A DNA stretch of 64,000 nt from Anaerolineaceae bacterium (GTDB taxonomy: Bacteria > Chloroflexota > Anaerolineae > Aggregatilineales > Phototrophicaceae). The stretch covers positions 13,667-77,666 of the forward strand of contig JAPOVC010000017.1 of assembly GCA_026708325.1 (NCBI GenBank), read 5' to 3'. Below the pieces are notes generated by a model. The model saw only the letters and a program-made list of their open reading frames with translations. It made no database searches and had not been told where the DNA came from. Positions 18,637 to 27,955 of the stretch are shown piece by piece. Both the position numbers and the translations under genes were made by a program. Positions within the stretch are counted from its first letter, which is position 1. The number at the start of each line of letters is the position of its first letter.

Positions 18637-20693
18637 CCTGGTACCGGAACGCCTGGCGTCGCGGCGTGCTCGACATGCACATCACCGAAGACAATCCGCG
18701 ATTCATGACGCAATTCGATCCGCAGCGCTTCGTCGACCTGATGCTGGAAGCGCGCCTGCAGTCCGTCGTCCTCTACGCCCATTCACACGTCGGCAGCTGT
18801 TTCTATCCCTCGTTGATCGCCCCGGTGCACGCCGGCCCCGACGGCCGCGACATCTTCGGCGAGACCGTGGCCCTCTGCCACGAAAACGACATCGCCGTCG
18901 TTGGCTACATGAGCCTGATCTACGACACGCTCACCTGGCGCGCCCGGCCGGACTGGCGCATCACGCACTCCGATTACCAGGGCCACAGCAATCCCGGTCG
19001 CTACGGCGTCTGCTGCCCCAATTCGCCCTACCGCGACTACGCCGCGTCGCTGGCCACGGAACTGGCCGCGGGCTATCCCCTGGATGGCATCCGCTTCGAC
19101 ATGACCTTCTGGCCGGGCGTCTGTTATTGCGCCCATTGCCGCCGGCGTTTTATGGACGAGGTCGGCGGCGAGTTGCCCACGGTCATTGACTGGTTTGATC
19201 CGCGCTGGACGCGTTTCGCCCGCAAACGTGAGGAGTGGCTGGTCGAATTCGCGGCCCTCTGCACCGACGCCGTGCGCGCGGTCGACCCGACCATCAGCGT
19301 GGAACACCAGTCCTCGACCTTCGCCCATCCCTGGCGCTTTGGCGTCACAACGCCCCTCGCCGGCCAAACCGACTTCCTGCAGGGCGATTTCTACGGCGAC
19401 ATCCTGCAGGGTTCCTTCGTGCGCAAACTCTTCCACAACCTGTCGCCCAACCGGCCCGGCGGCTTCGAGACCAGCGTCTCCGCCACGCTGAGCAACTACA
19501 CAGCGCTCAAGGACGAGGCCCTGTTGCGCTGCAAGGCTTACGCCGCCCTGGCCGACGGCTGCGCCTTCATTTTCATCGATTCCGTCGACCCCGTCGGCAC
19601 CATCAATCCCCTCGTCTACGAGCGCATGGGTCGCATCTTCAGGGAGACGCAGGCCTGTGAACCCTGGCTGGGCGGCGATCTGCAACAGGACGTCGGCATT
19701 TATCTCAGCACCCGCTCCAAGGGCGACTTCGCCGACAACGGCAGGGGAGTCGGCGAGGCTGCAGACCTGCACAGCCGCGCCCCCCACGTCGAGGCCGCCC
19801 TCGGCGCATGCCAGGCGCTCATAGAGCACAACATACCCTGGGGCGTCATCACCAGCGCCGATCTGGACCGGCTGGACCGTCACAAGATCGTCGTGCTGCC
19901 CAACGTGTTGATGATGGACGCAGAAGAGTGCGCCGCCTTCCGCGAATACGTCCGGAACGGTGGCCTGCTCTATGCCAGCCGTTATACGTCGCTGGTGACG
20001 AGCGACGGTCATTTCCACGAGGACTTCATGCTGGCCGACGTCTTCGGCGCGCAGTTCGCCGGCGAATCGCTGGAGTCCTTCACCTACATCGCGCCGGCCC
20101 CTGGTCATGAAGCGCTCTTTGGCGAGGGCTATTCCCGCAGCCACCCGCCCGGCCTGGAGGACTCGCAGGTCCGCATCGTCGCCAGGCCGGAAGCGCAGGT
20201 CCCCGGTGAACTTGCGCTGCCCTGGACCGACCCGGCCGATCCCTGGCGCTTCGCCTCCATCCACAACAACCCGCCCGGACGCTACACCGGGCAGCCGGCC
20301 ATCACGCACAATCGCTATGGCGCCGGCCAGGCCATCTACGTCGGCGGGGACATCGAGAGCAGCGAAAACTGCCGCGACCTGTTCATCAATTTGCTGCAGC
20401 GCCTGGGCGCGACCTGGTCCTTCGGGTCCGACGCGCCCAAGGCGGTGGAGATCACCCTGTTTCACCAGCCGCGGGAGTCGCGCTGGCTGATCAATCTGAT
20501 CAACTTCCAGCAGGCTCTGCCCAACATCCCGGTGCGCGATATCACGGTCCGCCTGCGCGTCCCGCAGCGGGCCCTGCGTCTGGTGCAGCAGCCCGCCGGT
20601 CGGGAACTGCCCTTCGAGCGCCACGACGACGGCGTCAGCTTCACGCTGGAGGAACTTGAGACCTTCGCCATGTTGACGCTGGAGTACGAATAG
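18633..20693 (+). CDS. Putative glycoside hydrolase, GHL6/GH42-like TIM barrel with a C-terminal beta-galactosidase-trimerisation-like domain, paralog 1
   Basis: 686 aa. CCPNSPYRDY ... FWPGVCYCAHCRRRF resembles the Cys4 zinc cluster of GH42 enzymes. ATGA overlap with the kinase stop. The antisense ORF 18783..20624 is rejected. Confidence 0.65.
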   Translation: MTWYRNAWRRGVLDMHITEDNPRFMTQFDPQRFVDLMLEARLQSVVLYAHSHVGSCFYPSLIAPVHAGPDGRDIFGETVALCHENDIAVVGYMSLIYDTLTWRARPDWRITHSDYQGHSNPGRYGVCCPNSPYRDYAASLATELAAGYPLDGIRFDMTFWPGVCYCAHCRRRFMDEVGGELPTVIDWFDPRWTRFARKREEWLVEFAALCTDAVRAVDPTISVEHQSSTFAHPWRFGVTTPLAGQTDFLQGDFYGDILQGSFVRKLFHNLSPNRPGGFETSVSATLSNYTALKDEALLRCKAYAALADGCAFIFIDSVDPVGTINPLVYERMGRIFRETQACEPWLGGDLQQDVGIYLSTRSKGDFADNGRGVGEAADLHSRAPHVEAALGACQALIEHNIPWGVITSADLDRLDRHKIVVLPNVLMMDAEECAAFREYVRNGGLLYASRYTSLVTSDGHFHEDFMLADVFGAQFAGESLESFTYIAPAPGHEALFGEGYSRSHPPGLEDSQVRIVARPEAQVPGELALPWTDPADPWRFASIHNNPPGRYTGQPAITHNRYGAGQAIYVGGDIESSENCRDLFINLLQRLGATWSFGSDAPKAVEITLFHQPRESRWLINLINFQQALPNIPVRDITVRLRVPQRALRLVQQPAGRELPFERHDDGVSFTLEELETFAMLTLEYE

Positions 20694-20704
20694 TGATGGG
20701 TGTA

Positions 20705-20755
20705 GCCCTCACCCCCTGGCCCCTTTCCCGTCCCGGGGGACGGGAGCGTGAGAGG
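20705..20755. repeat. Short degenerate member of the GCCCTCACCC-bounded hairpin repeat family
   Basis: GCCCTCACCCCCTGGCCCCTTTCCCGTCCCGGGGGACGGGAGCGTGAGAGGC, with an internal inverted repeat TCCCGTCCC/GGGACGGGA. Confidence 0.6.
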
Positions 20756-20809
20756 CCGGCCCCTGCATGACGTTATGCCTGCACCATTTCATTCTTTAGC
20801 GAGGCCAAA

Positions 20810-22897
20810 ATGACCCAGCCCTGGTACAAAAACATTTACCGTCGCGCCGTCGTCGACCAGCACATCACCGACGTCAACGCGGACTTCCTCGCCAGCTTCG
20901 ACGCCGAACACTACGTCGGCATGATCCGCAAATCCAACGCCCAGGCCATGTTTATGTACGCCCAGTCGGTGGTCGGGCAGGCCTTTTACCCCTCAAAGGT
21001 CGCGCCCGTCCACGCCAACCTCAACGGCCGCAACCTGCCGCAGGAGGTCATCGACGAGGCCCGCCGCCATGGCCTCAAGGTCGTGCTCTACATGAGCCTC
21101 GTCTGGGATACCTGGGCCTGCCGCAATCACGACGACTGGAAGGTCAAGGACACCCACGGCCGCGGCATCGCCGACGACATCAGCAGCACGCAGACCGAAC
21201 GCGCCGGACTCTGCTGCGTCAACTCACCTTACCGCGATTACACGCGCGACCTCACCCGGGAAATCTGCGAGACCTTCGACGTCGAGGGCATTCGCATGGA
21301 CATGACCTTCTGGCCGCGGCCCTGCTACTGTCGCCATTGCCGCCGCCGCTACGCCGAAGAGGTCGGCGGCGAAATTCCCGAGATTATCAACTGGGAGGAC
21401 CCGCGCTGGGTCGCCTTCCAGCGCTGCCGCGAGCGCTGGATGGCCGAATTCGCCGAACGCCAGACCAAAACGGCCCTCGCTGCCAACCCCAATCTCTCGG
21501 TCGAGCACCAGGCCTCCTCCATCCCCCACGAGGCCGGCTGGCGCTTCGGCGTGGACAGCCGCCTGGCGCTGCAAAACACCTACCTGCAGGGCGATTTCTA
21601 CGGCGGCACCATTCAGGGCTCGCTGGTGCGCAAGCTTTTCTACAATCTCAGCCCCAACCGACCCATCGGCTTCGAGACCTGCGTCTCCGTCTCACTCGCC
21701 AACTACACCGCCATCAAGTCCCGCGGTCTGCTGGAAGCCGCCGCCAGTTCCGCCATCGCCGACGGCTGCGCCTTCATTTACATCACCTGCATCGACCCGA
21801 TCGGTACGCTGGAGCCCACCACCTACGAGCGCATGGGCGAAATCTGGGGGCGGACCAAACACTACGAGCCGCACATGGGCGGCGAACTGCAGCAGGACGT
21901 GGCCGTCTACTACAGCCTCAACTCCAAATGCAGTTTGGCCGACAACGGCAAGCACGTGGAAGGCCCGGGACTCGCGCCCTCCTCGTCCCACACTGACGCG
22001 GTGGTCGGCGCCTGCCGCGCCCTGCGCGACAACCACATCCCCTTCGGCGTTATCACCGACACCAGCCTCGACCAGCTGTCGCGCCACAAGGTCATCATCC
22101 TGCCCGACGTGCTGATGATGAACGAGGACGAAGTGACGGCCTTTCGCGAGTACGTGCGCCAGGGCGGCAAACTCTACGCCAGCGGCAACACCTCGCTGAT
22201 CACGCGGGACGGCCATCGCCAGAACGATTTCATGCTGGCCGACGTCTTCGGCGTCCACTTTTCCGGCGAGACGAAGGAGACCTTCACCTACCTCGCGCCG
22301 GTGGAGGCGACTGACGAACTCTTCGCGCCTGCCACGCGCCAGCACCCTGCCGGACTGAAGGAATCACAGCACATTGTCAGGCCGGTAGCGGACACCAGGA
22401 CCCTCGCCACCATCACGCTACCCTACACCGTGCCCGCCGACTCGATCACCTTCACTTCACTGCACAACGACCCGCCCGGCTTCCGCACGGACATGCCAGG
22501 CATCATCCGCCATGAATACGGTGAAGGCAGCGTCATATACGTCACCAGCGGCATCGAGCGCCACGAGCACCTGCACGACATCTTCCTCAATCTGGTCCGT
22601 GAACTCTGCGACGATTACTCCTTCGGGGCCGACGCGCCGCCCGTTGTCGAGGTCACGCTCTTCGATCAGCCGGAGCGCAGCCGCTTGCTGGCCAACCTGG
22701 TCAATTTCCAGGAAGTCTTTCCCCAGGTGCCCGTCCATGACGCGCGCCTGCGCCTCGCGCTCAAAGGCCGCGACCCGCAGCGCGCCATCCTCCTGCCTGA
22801 CGGGCAGGAACTGGAGTTCAGCGTCGTCGACGGCATGGCAGAGATCGCCGTGCCACCCTTCGAGACCTTCGCCATGCTGGCGCTGGAGTATGCGTAG
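20810..22897 (+). CDS. Putative glycoside hydrolase, GHL6/GH42-like, paralog 2
   Basis: 695 aa and collinear with 18633..20693, sharing the same Cys motifs (CCVNSPYRDY, CYCRHCRRRY). Confidence 0.65.
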   Translation: MTQPWYKNIYRRAVVDQHITDVNADFLASFDAEHYVGMIRKSNAQAMFMYAQSVVGQAFYPSKVAPVHANLNGRNLPQEVIDEARRHGLKVVLYMSLVWDTWACRNHDDWKVKDTHGRGIADDISSTQTERAGLCCVNSPYRDYTRDLTREICETFDVEGIRMDMTFWPRPCYCRHCRRRYAEEVGGEIPEIINWEDPRWVAFQRCRERWMAEFAERQTKTALAANPNLSVEHQASSIPHEAGWRFGVDSRLALQNTYLQGDFYGGTIQGSLVRKLFYNLSPNRPIGFETCVSVSLANYTAIKSRGLLEAAASSAIADGCAFIYITCIDPIGTLEPTTYERMGEIWGRTKHYEPHMGGELQQDVAVYYSLNSKCSLADNGKHVEGPGLAPSSSHTDAVVGACRALRDNHIPFGVITDTSLDQLSRHKVIILPDVLMMNEDEVTAFREYVRQGGKLYASGNTSLITRDGHRQNDFMLADVFGVHFSGETKETFTYLAPVEATDELFAPATRQHPAGLKESQHIVRPVADTRTLATITLPYTVPADSITFTSLHNDPPGFRTDMPGIIRHEYGEGSVIYVTSGIERHEHLHDIFLNLVRELCDDYSFGADAPPVVEVTLFDQPERSRLLANLVNFQEVFPQVPVHDARLRLALKGRDPQRAILLPDGQELEFSVVDGMAEIAVPPFETFAMLALEYA

Positions 22898-22966
22898 ATG
22901 TTTGCCCGGACACATGAAAGGGCAGGGGAGTGAGTATCTGCAGACCATGACCAGACAGGAGACCCC

Positions 22967-23986
22967 ATGCCCGTACTGAGCGAGGCCGAACTGCGCCAGA
23001 CCGTCGCCGACATCTGTGGGCCGCTCGGCGCCAGCGAGCTGGAGATTTCGCGCCTGCAGGACCATCTCGTCGGCAGCAACCTGCGCGGCCACGATTCCCA
23101 TGGCGTGCACGTATTGATGAACTACGTCGGTCTCTGGCGCAAGGGCGATATCGCCTTCGGCGCCGAACTGGAGGTCCTGCGCGAAAGCCCCTCTCACGCC
23201 GTGCTGGACGCCCACGGCGGACTCGGTCAGGTGATGGCATGGCGCGCCGCGGACATCGCCATCGACAAGGCCCGCGCGGGCGCCATCGCCGCCGTCACCA
23301 TCCGCAACTGCAGCCACATCGGTCGCCTCGGTGAGTACGCCGGGCAGATCGCCGCCGCCGGTTTGATCGGCTTCGTCACCGTCAACGGCCAGGGCGGCGC
23401 CCAGCTGGTGGCCCCCTGGGGCGGGGTGGAACGGCGCCTTTCGGTCAACCCCTTCGCCTGGGGCATCCCCGCGCCGGGGACGGACATCATGGTCGATATC
23501 TCGCCGACCGTCGTGGCCGGCGGCAAGGTCAACATCAAGCAGTATCGCGACGAGCCCTTGCCGATCGGCTGGGTGATCGACAGCGAGGGCAATGACACGA
23601 CCGACGCCGCCGATTTCGCCGCCGGCTCCCTGCTCCCGGTGGGCGGCCACAAGGGCTTCGCGCTGGGCGTCGTCGTGGACGTGCTGGCCGGCGCCCTCAG
23701 CGGGGGCGGCACCAGCCAGCCGGACCCGCCCGACTGGCACAACGCCACGTTGATCATCGCCATTAACCCGACGGCCTTCGTCACAGAGGAAACATTCGCG
23801 ACCGAGGTCAGCGACCTGCTGGACTACATCCGCAGCAGCCGCCTGCGACCGGGCTTCAGCGAAATCCTCATCCCCGGTGAACCCGAGGCGCGGGAAATGG
23901 CGCGCCGCCAGCGCGAGGGCATCTTCGTCAGCGAAAGCGCCTGGAGCCAGCTCCGCGCCCTGGCGGAGGGGGAGCCGCATTCATGA
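22967..23986 (+). CDS. Ldh_2-family oxidoreductase (malate/L-lactate/L-sulfolactate dehydrogenase family 2)
   Basis: NLRGHDSHGV, NCSHIGRLGEYA and LPVGGHKGFALG motifs. CAGGAG RBS. Confidence 0.85.
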   Translation: MPVLSEAELRQTVADICGPLGASELEISRLQDHLVGSNLRGHDSHGVHVLMNYVGLWRKGDIAFGAELEVLRESPSHAVLDAHGGLGQVMAWRAADIAIDKARAGAIAAVTIRNCSHIGRLGEYAGQIAAAGLIGFVTVNGQGGAQLVAPWGGVERRLSVNPFAWGIPAPGTDIMVDISPTVVAGGKVNIKQYRDEPLPIGWVIDSEGNDTTDAADFAAGSLLPVGGHKGFALGVVVDVLAGALSGGGTSQPDPPDWHNATLIIAINPTAFVTEETFATEVSDLLDYIRSSRLRPGFSEILIPGEPEAREMARRQREGIFVSESAWSQLRALAEGEPHS

Positions 23987-25368
23987 AAGCCGCACGCATC
24001 GGCCTGATCTGCAGCATGTCGCCCGAACTGCACGACGTCTGGGGCGAGGAAGTGCGTGGCCCGGCCCGCGAGACGTTCAGCGAGGCGCGCCAGATTCTCG
24101 AGGGCTTCGGCGTCGAGGTCATCGCGCCCGAAGGATTCACGACCTCCCTGCAACAGGCGCGCGCGCATGGCCGCATGCTGCGCAACGCGGACATCCACGT
24201 GCTGGTCGTCTACGTCGCCCGCTGGAGCTACGGCACCAGCGTCGTCGAGACCGCCCTCGAGTGTGAGGTGCCGGTCGTCGTCTGGACCAACACGGACATC
24301 GCCGCGGTCGGCATTGTCGGGGCCAGCGTGGTGCGCGGCTCGCTCGATGAGGCCGGCGTTACCAACTGTCTGGTCTACGGCGACTTCGATGACCCCGTCG
24401 CCCTGCAGGAACTGGAGGTGCGCTGCCTTGGCGCGGCCGCCGGCAGCCGTTTGCGCGGCCAGGTCTACGGCCTGATGGGCTCGCGCTCGCTGGGCATGCT
24501 GACCGCCGCCGTGGATGCCAACCAGTGGCGGCGCCAGTTCGGCGTCGAAATCGAATCCTGGGACCAGAGCGAGATCATCGACCTCGCGCAGAAGATGCCC
24601 GATGAGGAAGTCGAGGCCCATCTCGCCTGGAGCCATGAAGTCTTCGGCTCGATTCAGGTGAAGGACGAGGTCATGCGCGCCGCCATGAAGATGTACCTCG
24701 CCTCGCGCCGCCTGATCGCCGAGCGCGGCTTCGACTTCGTCTCCGTGCGCTGCCTGCCGGAGACGCCGGTGCTCTTCACCACCTTCTGTTACACCATCGC
24801 CCTGTTGAACGACAGCTCGGACGCCGACGGCGACAAGGAAGCCATCTGCTGCTCCTGCGAATCCGATTCCAACGGCGCCCTCACCATGCAGATCCTCAAG
24901 CACCTCGGCGGCGCGCCGGTCATGTTTGGCGACGTGCGCACCATCCGCCTAGTCGAGGGCGAGATCTGGATCTCCAATTGCGGCTCGCAGGCCACGACTC
25001 TGGCGAAGGACCGGAGTCAGGTGCACTGGGTCGAGCACGGTTTCCAGGAGTTCGAATGGAAGCTGGGCGGCGCGGCGCCCCAGGCCGTCAACCGGCCCGG
25101 CCGCGTCACCCTGGCGCGCATCACCCGTCAGGCCGGCGAGCACGTCATGCTCATCACCGGCGGCGAGTGCCTCGACGTGCCGCACGAGAAACTGGGGGAA
25201 ACGCACTGGGACTTTTCGCCACACGCCTTCGTCCGGCTGGACGCCGACCCGCGAGCCGTCGCCCGCGAACTGCGCAGCAACCACCTCAGCCTGGTGTATG
25301 GCGATTACATCCCGCATCTGGAGGAGACCTGCCGCGTGCTGGACATCAGACCCATCGTCGTCCGCTGA
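23983..25368 (+). CDS. L-fucose/L-arabinose-isomerase-like sugar isomerase family protein
   Basis: 461 aa. The overall architecture recalls FucI-like isomerases: an N-terminal Rossmann-like part, then CESDSNGALTMQIL and a C-terminal beta domain. The call rests on recollection of family features only. ATGA overlap with the upstream stop. Confidence 0.55.
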   Translation: MKAARIGLICSMSPELHDVWGEEVRGPARETFSEARQILEGFGVEVIAPEGFTTSLQQARAHGRMLRNADIHVLVVYVARWSYGTSVVETALECEVPVVVWTNTDIAAVGIVGASVVRGSLDEAGVTNCLVYGDFDDPVALQELEVRCLGAAAGSRLRGQVYGLMGSRSLGMLTAAVDANQWRRQFGVEIESWDQSEIIDLAQKMPDEEVEAHLAWSHEVFGSIQVKDEVMRAAMKMYLASRRLIAERGFDFVSVRCLPETPVLFTTFCYTIALLNDSSDADGDKEAICCSCESDSNGALTMQILKHLGGAPVMFGDVRTIRLVEGEIWISNCGSQATTLAKDRSQVHWVEHGFQEFEWKLGGAAPQAVNRPGRVTLARITRQAGEHVMLITGGECLDVPHEKLGETHWDFSPHAFVRLDADPRAVARELRSNHLSLVYGDYIPHLEETCRVLDIRPIVVR

Positions 25369-25394
25369 CGCAAGCGGCCTGAAAGGAGCAACCC

Positions 25395-26165
25395 GTGACC
25401 ATTGACGTGGCAAGGTTCAAGGAGCAGGGCTATCTCTGCCCGCTCCCGGTTTACGGCCCGGCGGAGATTGAGCCTCTGCGCCAGCTGTACTGGCGTTTGC
25501 GGAAACTGCTGCCGCCCGGAGTCTCCACCCAGGAGATGGACTGGTGGCACGGCGAGGACCGCGAGCTCTGGGCCATCGCCTGCGAGCCGCGCATTCTTGA
25601 TCTCGTCGAGCCCATCCTCGGGCCGGACTTCTACATCTGGGGCTCGCAGTTCTTCAGCAAGGACCCCGGCGATGCGAAGACCACCCCCTGGCATCAGGAC
25701 GCCTTCTTCTGGCCGCTCGCGCCGCACAATTCCGTCACTGTGTGGGTCGCCTTTGAGGACAGCGACGCGGCCAACGGCGCCATGAAGGTCATCCCCGGCA
25801 CGCACCGCGCCCAACACATCACGCACGAGGACACGGAAAGCGACAGCGACGTGCTGCCCTCGCGCGCCACGGGCGGGGACTTTTCATTTGACGACGCCGT
25901 CCATCTGGAACTGAAAGCGGGGCAGGTCAGCCTGCACGACGACAACATTCTGCACGGCTCCGACGCCAACGACTCCGACCGGCTGCGTTGCGGCCTGACC
26001 CTGCGCTACTCCAGCACCGAGGTCAAGGCCGACCTCTCCGTCTGGCCCTTCTTCAAGGCCTTCCAGGTGCGCGGCGCCGACCGTTACAGGCACAATCCGG
26101 CCGGTTCGCCGCCGAGCGACCTGATGCGCGCGTACCGCCAGGTCACGGCCGGCGAGGAGATGTGA
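25395..26165 (+). CDS. Phytanoyl-CoA dioxygenase (PhyH) family Fe(II)/2-oxoglutarate oxygenase, copy A
   Basis: WHQDAFFW (HxD), GAMKVIPGTH, a distal His in NILHGSDAN, and RLRCGLTLRY. GTG start with an AAAGGAG RBS. Confidence 0.8.
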   Translation: MTIDVARFKEQGYLCPLPVYGPAEIEPLRQLYWRLRKLLPPGVSTQEMDWWHGEDRELWAIACEPRILDLVEPILGPDFYIWGSQFFSKDPGDAKTTPWHQDAFFWPLAPHNSVTVWVAFEDSDAANGAMKVIPGTHRAQHITHEDTESDSDVLPSRATGGDFSFDDAVHLELKAGQVSLHDDNILHGSDANDSDRLRCGLTLRYSSTEVKADLSVWPFFKAFQVRGADRYRHNPAGSPPSDLMRAYRQVTAGEEM

Positions 26166-26252
26166 TCCTGCCGCTTAAACCCCCGTTACAGGACATGGGG
26201 CGGGGAAGGGTGAAGGCAGCGATTCAGGAGCAGCGCCGCGGCCAACACAGCG

Positions 26253-26384
26253 GTGGGCAGCATTGATGGCAAGGTGATCATTGAGGCGACGGACAGTGAC
26301 GCCAGCTTGGGCAGCGGCGGCGTGGCGCTGATCTGCGAGGAAGGGCGCATCGGCTGCGATGAAGTGGCGATCGGGCCGCTCTGA
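26253..26384 (+). pseudogene. Possible orphan C-terminal gene remnant (43 codons)
   Basis: The frame is open from 26214 with no ATG. The translation is VGSIDGKVIIEATDSDASLGSGGVALICEEGRIGCDEVAIGPL*. About 84 percent G/C at third positions suggests a coding origin. The ending is reminiscent of LamG/DUF1080-type C-termini, but that family assignment is weak. Confidence 0.3.
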
Positions 26385-26402
26385 GGACTTACAACAAATG
26401 AC

Positions 26403-26431
26403 TTGCAACCGGGCGCATATTACGTTATTCT
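26403..26431 (+). promoter_or_regulatory. Candidate promoter for the FN3/PT-rich secreted protein
   Basis: TTGCAA, a 17-nt spacer, then TATTCT, in an AT-enriched stretch upstream of 26482/26536. Confidence 0.3.
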
Positions 26432-26535
26432 AACGACCAGTTCCTGGCGGAAATGGCAAATTTGCCCTTTTTTGCCTGGCAATGACAAGTGGCACTGGTC
26501 GTTTGCCTCGTGGGAAAGTCGGCTTTGGGAAAATC

Positions 26536-27939
26536 ATGTCCCTGACTCCCTTGTTCCGGAACAAGGGCGTGTGGGCATTCTTGCTCTGCAGCGCATTTGT
26601 GTTTGTCCTGGTCCATTCATCAGATTTGCAGGCCCAAGACGAAACACGACTCGCGGAAGTGAAGAACGTGCGCTTCACTGATTCCAGTGGCAGCGTGGCT
26701 TGGGATGCAGTAGCCGGAAACGTGAGGGGCTACCGGGTTATCTGGCGGCGCGGCACGTCGCCACCCAACACCATCCATTTTGTGGCCGCCAACGCCAACC
26801 GCAGCTACCAGATCCCGGACTTTGACGAGACGCAAACCTGGCAGGTGCGCGTGCGCGCGCTGCACACCACGGATTGGCGTTTGCACGGGCCAGGAGGCAG
26901 ATTCATCACGTGGGACCCGGTAAACTTGACGACCACGCCTTCACCCACGCCGTCACCAACGCCCAGCCCCACATCGACCCCTTCGCCAACACCCAGTCCC
27001 ACGCCTTCACCAACGCCTAGTCCTACACCGACGCCAACACCCAGTCCCACGCCCACGCCTTCACCTACGCCGACCCCTTCGCCAACACCCAGTCCCACGC
27101 CCACGCCTTCACCTACGCCGACCCCTTCGCCAACACCCAGTCCCACGCCCACACCATCGCCCACGCCGACACCAACACCTACTCCAACGCCAACGCCTTC
27201 ACCCACGCCAACACCAACTCCCTCTCCGACACCTACCCCAACCCCGACGCCGACGCCCTCCGCGACGCCTCTGCCACCGCTTGTGCGGCCGACCGGGTTG
27301 ACCTACGATGGTGACGATCTCTGCTGGAATGAGGTGGCGCACGCAGTTGGCTATTTGGCCTGGGTGGTGATGTTCCAGTTCCATGATGGTTGGGATGCCG
27401 GCGAGGGACGCTGGTGCGCGACCTTGGGCGCGCATCCGGGAGGGACCGTGCTGTCGGTGAGCGCTACCGGAGAGAATCTTGACGGCTTCATTCATGGACC
27501 GGCAGCCACCCTGGTAGTGCCAACTCCTACGCCGACGCCAACCTCAACGCCGACGGTGACCAACACACCGAAGCCGAAGCAAGAGCCGGTTGATCCGCCA
27601 CGGCCCAATCCACCGACCAACACGCCAGTGCCGGAATGCCAGCGGATAGATTCCTACAGCAGGACAGTAAGAAAGACAGAGCAGTGCTTAATCGGCGGGA
27701 TCCTTGGGAATTGCGACTACGAGAAAACATGTACTGGGACCTGCTGCCGCAAAAGTCCAACGAATTGTCCGATCAAGCAAGAAACTTGCGGAAACTGGAG
27801 GCTTGTTGATTACAGGCCATCTGGTGCTCAAGGCGCTGAAGAGAGCAGCGTTAGCGCATTCGACCTCGCCTCTTTCATTATCCCCGAGATCGCTGACGAG
27901 CCCACGCCTGACAATGCTCATGAGTTTGTAGGTAGTTAG
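26536..27939 (+). CDS. Secreted modular protein: signal peptide, FN3-like domain, ~117-aa Pro-Thr/Ser linker, second beta-rich domain, second PT linker, Cys-rich C-terminal module
   Basis: Signal peptide [34 protein letters not shown] (an alternative ATG lies at 26482). [31 protein letters not shown]...WQVRVRAL looks like fibronectin type III. There are 8 Cys within ~50 aa (27637-27788). G+C is visibly lower than in the flanks. Confidence 0.7.
   Translation: MSLTPLFRNKGVWAFLLCSAFVFVLVHSSDLQAQDETRLAEVKNVRFTDSSGSVAWDAVAGNVRGYRVIWRRGTSPPNTIHFVAANANRSYQIPDFDETQTWQVRVRALHTTDWRLHGPGGRFITWDPVNLTTTPSPTPSPTPSPTSTPSPTPSPTPSPTPSPTPTPTPSPTPTPSPTPTPSPTPSPTPTPSPTPTPSPTPSPTPTPSPTPTPTPTPTPTPSPTPTPTPSPTPTPTPTPTPSATPLPPLVRPTGLTYDGDDLCWNEVAHAVGYLAWVVMFQFHDGWDAGEGRWCATLGAHPGGTVLSVSATGENLDGFIHGPAATLVVPTPTPTPTSTPTVTNTPKPKQEPVDPPRPNPPTNTPVPECQRIDSYSRTVRKTEQCLIGGILGNCDYEKTCTGTCCRKSPTNCPIKQETCGNWRLVDYRPSGAQGAEESSVSAFDLASFIIPEIADEPTPDNAHEFVGS
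26929..27279 (+). repeat. Coding low-complexity tandem repeat (TPSP/TPTP units) forming a Pro-Thr-rich linker
   Basis: About 117 consecutive codons drawn almost only from ACN/CCN/TCN. The antisense GVGVG ORF 26805..27206 is an artefact of this repeat. Confidence 0.9.
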
Positions 27940-27955
27940 ACGATAATTCACAGCC

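Noticed and set aside
18783-20624. 613-aa minus-strand ORF
   Set aside because: Antisense to the GHL6/GH42-like gene. No recognisable motifs, and a composition typical of shadow ORFs.
22457-23980. 507-aa minus-strand ORF spanning two plus-strand genes
   Set aside because: It crosses the boundary between the GHL6 paralog and the Ldh_2 gene, both of which are well supported on the plus strand. It is a shadow ORF.
26805-27206. 133-aa minus-strand ORF encoding (GVGV)n
   Set aside because: It is the mirror image of the Pro-Thr linker-coding repeat of the FN3 protein gene.
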